A stretch of DNA of 64,000 nucleotides from contig CAWAAO010000013.1 in NCBI GenBank assembly GCA_963780015.1, positions 23,644-87,643 of the forward strand. The letters run 5' to 3'. A model generated the notes under the pieces. It was not told where the DNA came from, did not search any database, and worked only from the letters and a program-made list of their open reading frames with translations. Below, piece by piece: positions 21,147 through 29,450 of the stretch (positions are counted from its first letter, which is position 1; each line of letters starts with the position of its first letter). Source of the stretch: an uncultured Actinomycetes bacterium. GTDB taxonomy: Bacteria; Actinomycetota; UBA4738; HRBIN12. A program made the translations under genes and the position numbers.

Positions 21147-21827
21147 TCACCCGCCGGGATGTCGGCGACCACGGCGGTCGGCCGATCCTCGTGCCGCACA
21201 CGGAAGGTGGCCTCCAGCGCCTCGTGGTCGTGGCCATCGACGACGTGCACGTCCCAGCCGAAGCCCTCCGAGGCGCTCCCGCCACTGCGACATGTCCGGC
21301 TCGGAGCTGTGGTTGTCGACCACCAGGAGGGTGAGGTTGCCCAACCGCTGGTGCGGCGCCAGGAGGATCGCCTCCCAGTTCGAGCCCTCGTTCAGTTCGG
21401 CGTCGCCGCACAGGACGAAGACGCGCGGTCCGGTCAAGCCCTTCGCCCGCAGCGCCAAGGCGACCCCTGCCGCGATCGGCAGACCGTGCCCGAGCGAGCC
21501 CGTCGAGGCCTCCACGCCCGGTACCTGGGTGCGGTCGGGGTGTGAGCCGAGATGCCCGCCGTGACGCAAGAACGCGTCGAGCCACACCACCGGGAAGAAC
21601 CCCTTCGCCGCCAGGATCGCGTACAACGCGATCGGCCCGTGCCCCTTGCTCAGGATGAAGCGGTCGCGATCCTCCGCGCCCGGGTCGCCCGGATCGATCC
21701 GCAGGATCCGGTCGTAGAGCACCCACAGCGCATCCAGCGTCGAGGTCGAGCTCTCCTCGTGCTTCTCGTCGCCGGTGGCGCTTCGCATCAGCGCCGTCAC
21801 GTCGTCCAGGGTCACCCGCGTGTCCAT
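21140..21827 (-). pseudogene. transketolase N-terminal (TPP-binding) subunit, one frameshift (~21330)
   Basis: ILSKGHGPIALYAILAAKGF, GSLGHGLPIAAGVALA, VFVLCGDAELNEGSNWEA; true C-terminus ...GWDVHVVDGHDHEALE...ADIPAGEW in another frame, ending at 21140 and overlapping the C-subunit start. Confidence 0.7.
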
Positions 21828-21883
21828 CGCTGGGCACCGTACGAGTTAAAGTGCACTTGAAGTCAAGGGAAGCCGGAGGAAAC

Positions 21884-22378
21884 GTGCCTGCGAAGAACGA
21901 TCTGTTCACGATCGGCGAGGTGGCCGCTCGCAGTGGGCTGGCCCCCTCCGCGATCCGGTTCTACGAGGCGGAGGGTCTGATCACCGCGTCCCGCACGGCC
22001 GGTGGACAACGGGTCTTCCCGCGCTACGTGCTCCGGCGTCTTGCGTTCATCACGTCGGCACAGCGGGTCGGGCTCACGCTGCGGGAGATCGCGGACGCGC
22101 TCGCCGGCCTGCCGGCCGATCGCGCGCCGACGAAGGCCGCCTGGGCACGCCTGTCCCGCACCTGGCAGCGGGGCCTCGACGAGCGCATCGAGGAGCTCGA
22201 ACGGCTCCGTGAGGCGCTCACGACGTGCATCGGGTGCGGATGTCTGTCCCTCACCACCTGCGGGTTGTTCAACACCGACGATGCGGCCGCCCGGCGCGGT
22301 GCGGGCGCCAGGTACCTCCTCGGCGACGATCCGGACGAGGTGGTCCGCGAGGCTGGACAAGGAGCTATAGGTAAGTAG
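21884..22378 (+). CDS. soxR: SoxR ([2Fe-2S] redox-sensing MerR-family regulator)
   Basis: MerR HTH FTIGEVAARSGLAPSAIRFYE plus C-terminal CIGCGCLSLTTCGLFN cluster motif; GTG at 21884 behind GGAGGA (ORF opens at 21851). Confidence 0.75.
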   Translation: MPAKNDLFTIGEVAARSGLAPSAIRFYEAEGLITASRTAGGQRVFPRYVLRRLAFITSAQRVGLTLREIADALAGLPADRAPTKAAWARLSRTWQRGLDERIEELERLREALTTCIGCGCLSLTTCGLFNTDDAAARRGAGARYLLGDDPDEVVREAGQGAIGK

Positions 22379-22390
22379 TAGCTTACCTAT
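22367..22390. promoter_or_regulatory. AT-rich perfect dyad ATAGGTAAG-n6-CTTACCTAT (ArsR-type operator candidate)
   Basis: 9-bp arms; overlaps soxR stop codon and sits immediately before the third arsR. Confidence 0.4.
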
Positions 22391-22392
22391 CG

Positions 22393-22722
22393 TGCTTAGC
22401 GTCACTCGTCGCCGATCGGGCCTGGGAGGCGCTGGGGGATCCGACCCGGCGCCGCGTCTTCGAACTGCTGCGCGAGGGCCCCCGTCCCGTCGGCGAACTC
22501 GCCGCGGAGCTGCCCGTGAGCCGCCCGGCGGTGTCACAGCACCTCGCGATCCTGCGGGACGCCGGGCTCGTCGTGGACCAGCGCGACGGCCGGCGCAATC
22601 TCTACCGGATCGACCCGAACGGGCTCGCCGCCCTTCGCACCGACCTGGAGTCCATGTGGGACGACGTCCTCGGCGCCTTCGCCGATGCCGCCGCCCGCGC
22701 CAACGAACAGGAGGAATCGTGA
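22393..22722 (+). CDS. ArsR/SmtB family transcriptional regulator (start codon unresolved)
   Basis: in-frame read LASLVADRAWEALGDPTRRRVFELL...VSRPAVSQHLAILRDAGLV matches the two paralogs; no ATG/GTG/TTG upstream of the HTH in frame (TTA at 22396 where TTG would give MASLVADR). Confidence 0.65.
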   Translation, partial: CLASLVADRAWEALGDPTRRRVFELLREGPRPVGELAAELPVSRPAVSQHLAILRDAGLVVDQRDGRRNLYRIDPNGLAALRTDLESMWDDVLGAFADAAARANEQEES

Positions 22723-23189
22723 GCATCGAGCCGATCCGCCGACATGTCACCGTCCGCTGCGACCCCGCAACCGCCTTCCGCGTCTTCACCGCGGAAATGG
22801 ATACGTGGTGGCCGTTGGACATCCACTCGCGCGCTCAGGGACGCGAGGGCGTCGTGAAGGCCGAGCGGATCGTGGTGGAGGAACACGCAGGCGGTCGCGT
22901 CTACGAGGTGATGTCCGATGGCGTCGAGGCGGACTGGGGCACGATCCTGATGTGGGAACCACCGCAGCGACTCGTGATCGCCTGGCAACCGAACGGAGGT
23001 CCGCCCAACCCCACCGAGCTCGAGCTTCGATTCGTCGCCGACGGCGAGGGGACCAGGGTCGACCTCGAGCACCGCGGCTGGGAGCGCTTGGGCCGCGACG
23101 GCGACGAGGCGCGCGAGAGCTACCTCAACGGGTGGCCGCTCACCTTCGACCGTCTGTTCGCGGAGGCCGCGAACGACGCGGCTCAGTAG
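22719..23189 (+). CDS. SRPBCC (AHSA1-like) family protein
   Basis: GTG 22719 behind CAGGAGGAA; GTGA-coupled to arsR; third module. Confidence 0.75.
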   Translation: MSIEPIRRHVTVRCDPATAFRVFTAEMDTWWPLDIHSRAQGREGVVKAERIVVEEHAGGRVYEVMSDGVEADWGTILMWEPPQRLVIAWQPNGGPPNPTELELRFVADGEGTRVDLEHRGWERLGRDGDEARESYLNGWPLTFDRLFAEAANDAAQ

Positions 23190-23377
23190 GTGTAGACGGC
23201 GGAGACGACGGCGCCGCGCTGCGTGACGCGCTCGATCTGCCCCCACGGGAACAGCACGCGGACCATGTCGTCGGCGTCGCGGCTCACCACCTCCACCCCG
23301 TGTTGCGTGAGCTTGATCTCGTTGGACGGATCGAACGTCTCGACCCGTCCGCCCAGGAACGTGATCTCGGTTTCCAT
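23183..23377 (-). CDS. hypothetical small protein (64 aa)
   Basis: METEITFLGGRVETFDPSNEIKLTQHGVEVV...; GGGAGGG RBS upstream of ATG; coding-like composition. Confidence 0.4.
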   Translation of the reverse strand: METEITFLGGRVETFDPSNEIKLTQHGVEVVSRDADDMVRVLFPWGQIERVTQRGAVVSAVYTY

Positions 23378-23479
23378 CGGCCCTCCCGACTGCAGGCCCT
23401 CAGTATGGCCCCGCCGCCCCGATCGCGCCTCGGCCGAAAGGTCCCGACTCGAGGTGTGCCCCTCCGCTACGGTTGTCGG

Positions 23480-23857
23480 ATGGATGAGCGCTACGAACGG
23501 GGACGGGCCCGGTTCCTGGAGGTGCACGACGAGAAGGCCCTGCGCACCGTCGAAGGGCTGGGCGAGCTCGGGCACCACATCGTGTCCTTCGTCTACGGCG
23601 ACCTCTACACGCAGCCCGCGTTGACCGATCGGGATCGAGAGTTCGGTGCGGTCGTCGCGCTCACGGCGCTCGGCCGATCGTCCCAGCTGCCACAGCACCT
23701 GCGGGCGGCGCTGCACGCCGGTCTGTCGGAAGAGGAACTCCGTGAGGCGATCATGCTCACCGCTACGATCGCCGGGTTCCCGCCGGCGATGAACGCGATG
23801 TCGACGCTGCGCAACGTGCTCGCCGAGCAGGACCGCAACGCGGAGCCGGAACCGTGA
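23480..23857 (+). CDS. carboxymuconolactone decarboxylase (CMD/AhpD-like) family protein
   Basis: 125 aa ...HIVSFVYGDLYTQPALTDRDREFGAVVALTALG... CMD fold signature. Confidence 0.7.
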   Translation: MDERYERGRARFLEVHDEKALRTVEGLGELGHHIVSFVYGDLYTQPALTDRDREFGAVVALTALGRSSQLPQHLRAALHAGLSEEELREAIMLTATIAGFPPAMNAMSTLRNVLAEQDRNAEPEP

Positions 23858-24427
23858 GGCGGATCGGCGATCAGGACGGCGGCGTGCTCGCCAAGACGCT
23901 CGCGCTCCTGCTGATCGTCGCGTTGCTCGGCGCGGGGGCGATGTACGTCGTACGGCAAACGGCAGCAGCCGCTGTCCGTCGAGAGCGCGACCCTGCGCGC
24001 CACCGACACCGGGACGGGCACGGTCCTGCTCGCGCCCGACGGTCACGTGTACGTGGCGACGATCGTGCGCAACGACGGCACGTTCCCGGTCACCCTCCTC
24101 GGCTTGGACGACACGCCGGCGCCGCACGACCAACCGTATGCGGCCTCGAGCATCGGCCTCGGCGACGGCAAGACCGCGAGTCCCGACGCGGCGGCCGCCT
24201 TCACCTCCGTCGCACTCAAGCCGGGCGCGGGGGTCGGCATCTTCGTCGTCTACGAGCCGAACCCGGGGTTGACCTGTGCCAACGACACGGAACGCCACCC
24301 CGTTCGGACCGATCCCGCTTCGGTTCAGCACCTACGGCGTCGAATCGACGCAGGCGATCGAGATCCCCGGCGCTCCCGACGTCGCGGGGTTCACACGCGC
24401 ACAGTGCGAGCAGGCGCTGGGCGGCTA
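23854..24427 (+). pseudogene. hypothetical membrane-anchored/secreted protein, 2 frameshifts
   Basis: N-terminal TM (LAKTLALLLIVALLGAGAMYV) in frame A, middle in frame B, plausible C-terminus ...FGPIPLRFSTYGVESTQAIEIPGAPDVAGFTRAQCEQALGG in frame C. Confidence 0.35.
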
Positions 24428-24472
24428 GACGATCGCGGCGGCCTATCCGGCGACCGCGACTATGCTGCGGAC

Positions 24473-25313
24473 ATGACCTTGCTGCGCATCGGCGCACTCC
24501 CCGACACCCTGGTCGCTCCCGTCCTGGTGGTTGCGTTCGACGGCTGGGTCGACGCGGCGGGCGCCTCGAGTGCCGCGGCCGAGCATCTCGCCGACGGTGG
24601 GGTCCCCGTCGTGACCTTCGACGACGATCGGCTGTTCGACTACCGGTCGCGACGCCCGACCCTCGACATCATCGACGGCACGCTGCACCGGCTCCAATGG
24701 CCGTCGCTGAAGATCCACCACCGGGCGATCGGCGGGCGCGACCTGCTGATCCTGCACGGCCCCGAGCCGGACTTCCGCTGGCAGGAACTGGGCGACGCGG
24801 TCGGTGAGTTCTGCCTGCGGCGCCGGCGTCGCGGAATGGATCAGTCTGGGCGCGATCCCGGCGGCGGTCCCGCACACACGTCCCGTACCGGTCCTGGCGA
24901 CCGCGTCGCGGGACGGCCTGCTGCACGAGGCCGAGGCGAAGGGGCCGCAGGGACTCCTGCGCGTGCCGAGCGCCGCTCTGTCTTCGATCGAGCTCCCGGT
25001 CACCGAGATGGGCGTGCCGGCGGTCGGGTTCTACGCACAGGTGCCGCACTACGTCGGAGGCCCCTACGCCGCGGCGAGCGTCTCCCTCCTGCGTCACCTC
25101 TCCCGTCATCTCGGCGTCGAGCTGCCGATGGACGAGCTCGAGCAGGAACAAGAGGCGCAGCGTCTGCGTCTCGATGCCGCGGTCGCGGCCGACGAGGACG
25201 TGCAGGAGATCCTGCAGCGCCTCGAACAGAGCACCGAGGAGGAGCTCCCCTCCGGAGACGAGCTCGCCGCCGAGATCGAGCGCTTCCTGCGCGGACAGGC
25301 CGACCAGAGCTGA
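24473..25313 (+). pseudogene. PAC2 (proteasome assembly chaperone 2-like) family protein, one frameshift (~24810)
   Basis: VVAFDGWVDAAGASSAA...LLILHGPEPDFRW then continues LGAIPAAVPHTRPVPV...PAVGFYAQVPHYV in ORF 24804..25313. Confidence 0.6.
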
Positions 25314-25350
25314 ACCGCCCCGTCGGGCTCCGCGCCGGTAGCATGCGCGG

Positions 25351-26004
25351 ATGCCCGAGCCCACGAGCGACCGCACCCGCGTGCATCGGCACCCCGAGCG
25401 GGGTGAGCACGATCTCGCAAGCGTGCATCGGATCCTCGATGAGGCGCTGACCTGCACGGTCGCGTGGGTCGATCCCCAGGGCGGTCCCCGCGCGCTGCCG
25501 ACGATCCAGGCGCGCATCGACGACACGCTCTACCTGCACGGCTCGCGCGCGGCGCGCGCATGGAAGGCGGTCGCCGCCGGAGCCGAGGTGTGCGTCGTCG
25601 CCACCCTGATCGATGCGCTCGTGCTGGCACGAACGTCGCCCCACCACTCGATGAACTACCGCAGCGCCGTCGTGTACGGCCGGGCGCGCACGGTCACCGA
25701 TCCGAGCGAGCTCGCGGCCGCGGCGCGCGCGATCACGCGCCACGTGCTGCCCGGCAGAGAGGACGACGCCGCGGAGCCGCGCGAGAAGGACTGGCTCGAG
25801 ACGCTGATCCTCGCGATGCCGATCGCCGAGGCGAGCGCCAAGGTCCGGACCGGCCCGCCCGCCGACGATGAGGCCGATCTCGCACTCGACGTGTGGGCCG
25901 GAACCCTGCCCCTGCACACCGTGGTCGGGGAGCCGACGCCCTCGCCCGACCTGCGGGCGGGCATCGCCACGCCCGACTACCTGAAGGGATACCGACGCCC
26001 GTGA
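25351..26004 (+). CDS. pyridoxamine 5'-phosphate oxidase (PPOX/FMN-binding split barrel) family protein
   Basis: 217 aa; HSMNYRSAVVYGRA pattern. Confidence 0.7.
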   Translation: MPEPTSDRTRVHRHPERGEHDLASVHRILDEALTCTVAWVDPQGGPRALPTIQARIDDTLYLHGSRAARAWKAVAAGAEVCVVATLIDALVLARTSPHHSMNYRSAVVYGRARTVTDPSELAAAARAITRHVLPGREDDAAEPREKDWLETLILAMPIAEASAKVRTGPPADDEADLALDVWAGTLPLHTVVGEPTPSPDLRAGIATPDYLKGYRRP

Positions 26005-26663
26005 CCTCCGAGGCACCCACACCCCGCACCCGGGTCCGGCGGCTCCCCGAGCTCGGCGTCTACGAGCGCGCGCGGGTGCACGCGATCATCGACGAGGCGT
26101 TGTACTGCCACCTCTCGTGGGTCGGCGACGACGGCGACCCACGCGTGATCCCGACGATCCACGCGCGCATCGGCGACACGCTCTACGTGCACGGCTCCAA
26201 CGCCTCGACGACCCTGCGGGCGATCAAGGGCGGCGTGCCGGTCGCGATCGCGATCACGATCGTCGACGGCATCCGGTTCGCACGCTCGATGTTCGAGCAC
26301 TCGATGAACTACCGCACGGTCGTCGTGTACGGCCGCACCGAGGAGGTGACGGATCCGGACGAGCTCGCGACCGTGTTCGACGCGATCACCGATCAGGTGG
26401 CGCCGGGGCGCAGCGCCGACGCACGGCGCCCGACCCCCGACGAGCTGCGCCAGACCACGTTCGTGAAGGTCGCCTTGGACGAATGCAGCGCCAAGGTGAG
26501 CGAGGGGTTCCCCGAAGAGCCCGACGACGACCTCGCGCTGGACGTCTGGGCGGGCATCCTCCCGTTGCGCGTCGTTCCCGGCGAGGCGCAGGACGATCCG
26601 CTGCTCCGCCCGGACACGCCTCGCCCCTCCTACGTGACGGACTGGCGTCGACCCGGCCCATGA
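26001..26663 (+). CDS. PPOX/FMN-binding split-barrel family protein (tandem paralog)
   Basis: GTG start overlaps previous stop (GTGA); HSMNYRTVVVYGRT; ~45% identical to preceding gene by eye. Confidence 0.7.
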   Translation: MTSEAPTPRTRVRRLPELGVYERARVHAIIDEALYCHLSWVGDDGDPRVIPTIHARIGDTLYVHGSNASTTLRAIKGGVPVAIAITIVDGIRFARSMFEHSMNYRTVVVYGRTEEVTDPDELATVFDAITDQVAPGRSADARRPTPDELRQTTFVKVALDECSAKVSEGFPEEPDDDLALDVWAGILPLRVVPGEAQDDPLLRPDTPRPSYVTDWRRPGP

Positions 26664-27253
26664 CCGAGATCCGTCTCGCGACCCGGGCGGACCTCCCATC
26701 GGTCGCGGGCCTGTTCGGCCGCGCGTTCATCGACGACGCGATGTTGCGCTGGCCGCTCCCACCCGAGGCAACGGTCGAGGACCTCACCGAACTCTTCGCG
26801 ATCCTGCTCGACGTGTACTGGCCGCTCGACGCCATCTCGGTGATCGGCGATGAGGCGGCGGCCGTCTGGCTCCCGCCGGACCAGGCGGCTCGCTTCGCCG
26901 AGATCGAAGGGCCCACGCGGGAGCTGATCCGTCCCCTCACCGACGACGGCGGGGCGCGATACGCCGCGTTCTGGGATTGGCTCGGGGAACACGTTCCCGA
27001 CGAACCATGCTGGTTCCTCGACATCCTGGCGGTCGACACGGACGCCCGCGGGCGCGGTCTGGGCGGCCGGCTGATCGAGCATGGCCTGACTCGCGCCCAC
27101 GCCGACGGGCTTCCCGCCTTCCTGGAGACGAGCGTTCGCGACAACGTCGCGCTCTACGAGCGGTTCGGGTTCCGCGTGATCGACGAACTGGCGGCGCCCG
27201 GAGGTGGGCCGACGATCTGGTTCCTGCGGGCCGATCCGACTAGCCGAGCTTGA
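26660..27253 (+). CDS. GNAT family N-acetyltransferase
   Basis: ATGA-coupled to PPOX paralog; ...ILAVDTDARGRGLGGRLIEHGL... GNAT motif A. Confidence 0.75.
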   Translation: MTEIRLATRADLPSVAGLFGRAFIDDAMLRWPLPPEATVEDLTELFAILLDVYWPLDAISVIGDEAAAVWLPPDQAARFAEIEGPTRELIRPLTDDGGARYAAFWDWLGEHVPDEPCWFLDILAVDTDARGRGLGGRLIEHGLTRAHADGLPAFLETSVRDNVALYERFGFRVIDELAAPGGGPTIWFLRADPTSRA

Positions 27254-27644
27254 CGACCCTCGGCTGGGAACCGTTGCGCGTGTGGCATCGCCATGCCCCG
27301 TCCACCCGGCGGAACACAGCCGTCACGCGGTGCGGCATCTGCTTCACGGTCCCGGCGCCGTCGTCCCACGTCCCGGTGCCGGCGGCGTTGAGCCACGCCA
27401 CCTCGCCCTCGACGTGGACCCGATGCTCGTCATAGGCGATCGTGAAGGATCCCGGGAGACCGGCCATCCAGGTGGTGAACCGCCGCAGCTCCGCAGGCCC
27501 GACCGCACGTTCCACCTCGGAGGAGCGCCACAGCGTGAGGTCCGGGTCGTCCACGAACCCCGCCATCACGGCCTCGACATCGCCTCGGGCGAAGGCCTCA
27601 TCCAGCGCCAGGAACGCCGACCACACCTCCTCCGCCGCACCCAT
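27240..27644 (-). CDS. SnoaL-like / NTF2-like (ketosteroid isomerase fold) family protein
   Basis: 134 aa; composition and length typical of SnoaL_2/DUF4440; 14-bp convergent overlap with GNAT. Confidence 0.55.
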   Translation of the reverse strand: MGAAEEVWSAFLALDEAFARGDVEAVMAGFVDDPDLTLWRSSEVERAVGPAELRRFTTWMAGLPGSFTIAYDEHRVHVEGEVAWLNAAGTGTWDDGAGTVKQMPHRVTAVFRRVDGAWRCHTRNGSQPRVVKLG

Positions 27645-27705
27645 GGAGCCAGCCTAGCCCACCCTCCTGGGCGAGTTGGTGCTATAGTCCTGCCCGTTAT
27701 ATCGG

Positions 27706-27719
27706 CTCGATATATCGAG
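27706..27719. promoter_or_regulatory. perfect 14-bp palindrome CTCGATATATCGAG upstream of padR (operator candidate)
   Basis: seen directly; 17 nt upstream of padR ATG in an AT-enriched stretch. Confidence 0.45.
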
Positions 27720-27735
27720 TCGGCACACCGAGACG

Positions 27736-28335
27736 ATGGGGAGATACATGATCGAACTCGCGATCTTGGGCCTGCTCAAGGAGCGCCCGATGCACGGCTA
27801 CCAGCTCAACCGCGAGCTGTCCGAGCAGCTGGGCGGCCTGTGGCGGGTCTCCTACGGGTCGTTGTACCCGTCCCTGCGACGCCTGGAGCGTGACGGCGCC
27901 ATCCGGAGCGAACCGGGAGCCGGTACCGGGGCCCGTCGCAAGACGGTGTACGCCATCACGCCCGAGGGCGAGGCGCTGTTCCTCGATCTCCTCCAGGAGC
28001 CGCCGCAGGAGAATCAGACCGAGGACGCCAGGTTCCGGGTGCGCCTCGCGTTCTTCCGGTACCTGCCCCCGGAGACCCGTGTCCGCCTGCTGGAGCGCCG
28101 CCGCCAGGGGCTGCAGGAACGACTCGCGGAGGTCAAGACGCACCTGCGCGACCCCGGCACCACCGACAGCTACCAGCGCGCGCTGATGGAGCATGCCCGC
28201 GCGGCCACCGAGGCCGACATCGCGTGGCTGAACGATCTGATCCACATCGAGCGACAGCGATCCGAGATCACCGCCCCCGTGGGCGAGCAGCGTCGTGCTT
28301 CGGCCACGCTGCGCAGGAAGGAGCGCACAGCATGA
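27736..28335 (+). CDS. PadR family transcriptional regulator (Rv0047c-like)
   Basis: [47 protein letters not shown] wHTH; stop overlaps ino1 ATG. Confidence 0.8.
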   Translation: MGRYMIELAILGLLKERPMHGYQLNRELSEQLGGLWRVSYGSLYPSLRRLERDGAIRSEPGAGTGARRKTVYAITPEGEALFLDLLQEPPQENQTEDARFRVRLAFFRYLPPETRVRLLERRRQGLQERLAEVKTHLRDPGTTDSYQRALMEHARAATEADIAWLNDLIHIERQRSEITAPVGEQRRASATLRRKERTA

Positions 28336-29450
28336 GTGAAGTTCGCATCGCCATCGTGGGGCTCGGCAACTGTGCCTCGTCCCTCCTCCAAGGCCTGGAG
28401 TACTACAAGGACGCCGATCCGAACGAGTCGGTCCCCGGCCTGATGCACGTGGAGCTCGGCGGCTATCACATCCACGACGTCACGGTGGTCGCCGCGTTCG
28501 ACGTGGACGCGAACAAGGTGGGCAAGGACGTCGCCGACGCGATCTTCACCGAGCCGAACAACACGATCCGGTTCTCCGACGTGCCCGCGACGGGCATCAC
28601 CGTGCAGAAGGGGCGCACGTTGGACGGCCTCGGCACGTACTACCGCGAGATGATCACCGAGTCCGACGCCCCCGAGGCCGACGTCGTGGCGGTGTTGCGC
28701 GACACGAAGGCCGACGTGCTCATCTCCTACCTCCCGGTGGGCTCCGAGCAGGCCGACAAGTACTACGCGCAATGCGCGATCGATGCGGGCGTGGCCTTCG
28801 TCAACGCGTTGCCCGTGTTCATCGCGAGCGACCCGGTCTGGGCCAAGAAGTTCGCCGATGCCGGCGTGCCGCTCGTGGGAGACGACATCAAGTCACAGGT
28901 CGGCGCCACGATCACGCACCGCGTGCTCGCGAAGCTGTTCGAGGATCGCGGCGTGGAGCTCGACCGTACCTACCAGCTGAACTTCGGCGGCAACATGGAC
29001 TTCATGAACATGCTGGAGCGCGAGCGCCTGACGTCCAAGAAGATCTCCAAGACGCAGTCGGTGCAGTCCCAGCTCGACCAGCCGCTCGACAAGGAGAACA
29101 TCCACATCGGCCCGAGCGACCACGTGCCGTGGCTCGAGGATCGCAAGTGGGCGATGATCCGGCTCGAGGGTCGCAACTTCGGCGACGTGCCGCTCACGAT
29201 CGAGATGAAACTCGAGGTGTGGGACTCGCCGAACTCCGCCGGCGTGATCATCGACGCGCTGCGCTGCGCCAAGCTCGCGAAGGACCGCGGCATCGGCGGC
29301 CCGATCATCGGCCCCTCCGCCTACTTCATGAAGTCCCCGCCGGTGCAGTTCAGCGACGAGGAAGCGCGGCAGATGGTCGAGGAGTTCGCCGCGGGCGAGA
29401 CCCCGCTCGAGGTGGTCGACCAACCGCGGAACGCCGACATCAAGGTCTGA
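28332..29450 (+). CDS. ino1: inositol-3-phosphate synthase (myo-inositol-1-phosphate synthase)
   Basis: [27 protein letters not shown]...; 372 aa actinobacterial Ino1 pattern. Confidence 0.9.
   Translation: MSEVRIAIVGLGNCASSLLQGLEYYKDADPNESVPGLMHVELGGYHIHDVTVVAAFDVDANKVGKDVADAIFTEPNNTIRFSDVPATGITVQKGRTLDGLGTYYREMITESDAPEADVVAVLRDTKADVLISYLPVGSEQADKYYAQCAIDAGVAFVNALPVFIASDPVWAKKFADAGVPLVGDDIKSQVGATITHRVLAKLFEDRGVELDRTYQLNFGGNMDFMNMLERERLTSKKISKTQSVQSQLDQPLDKENIHIGPSDHVPWLEDRKWAMIRLEGRNFGDVPLTIEMKLEVWDSPNSAGVIIDALRCAKLAKDRGIGGPIIGPSAYFMKSPPVQFSDEEARQMVEEFAAGETPLEVVDQPRNADIKV

Noticed and set aside
20197-21909. 570-aa minus-strand ORF
   Set aside because: Chimeric reading across the two transketolase subunit genes in a wrong frame. 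Only its last ~60 residues (true C-terminus of the C-subunit) are real.
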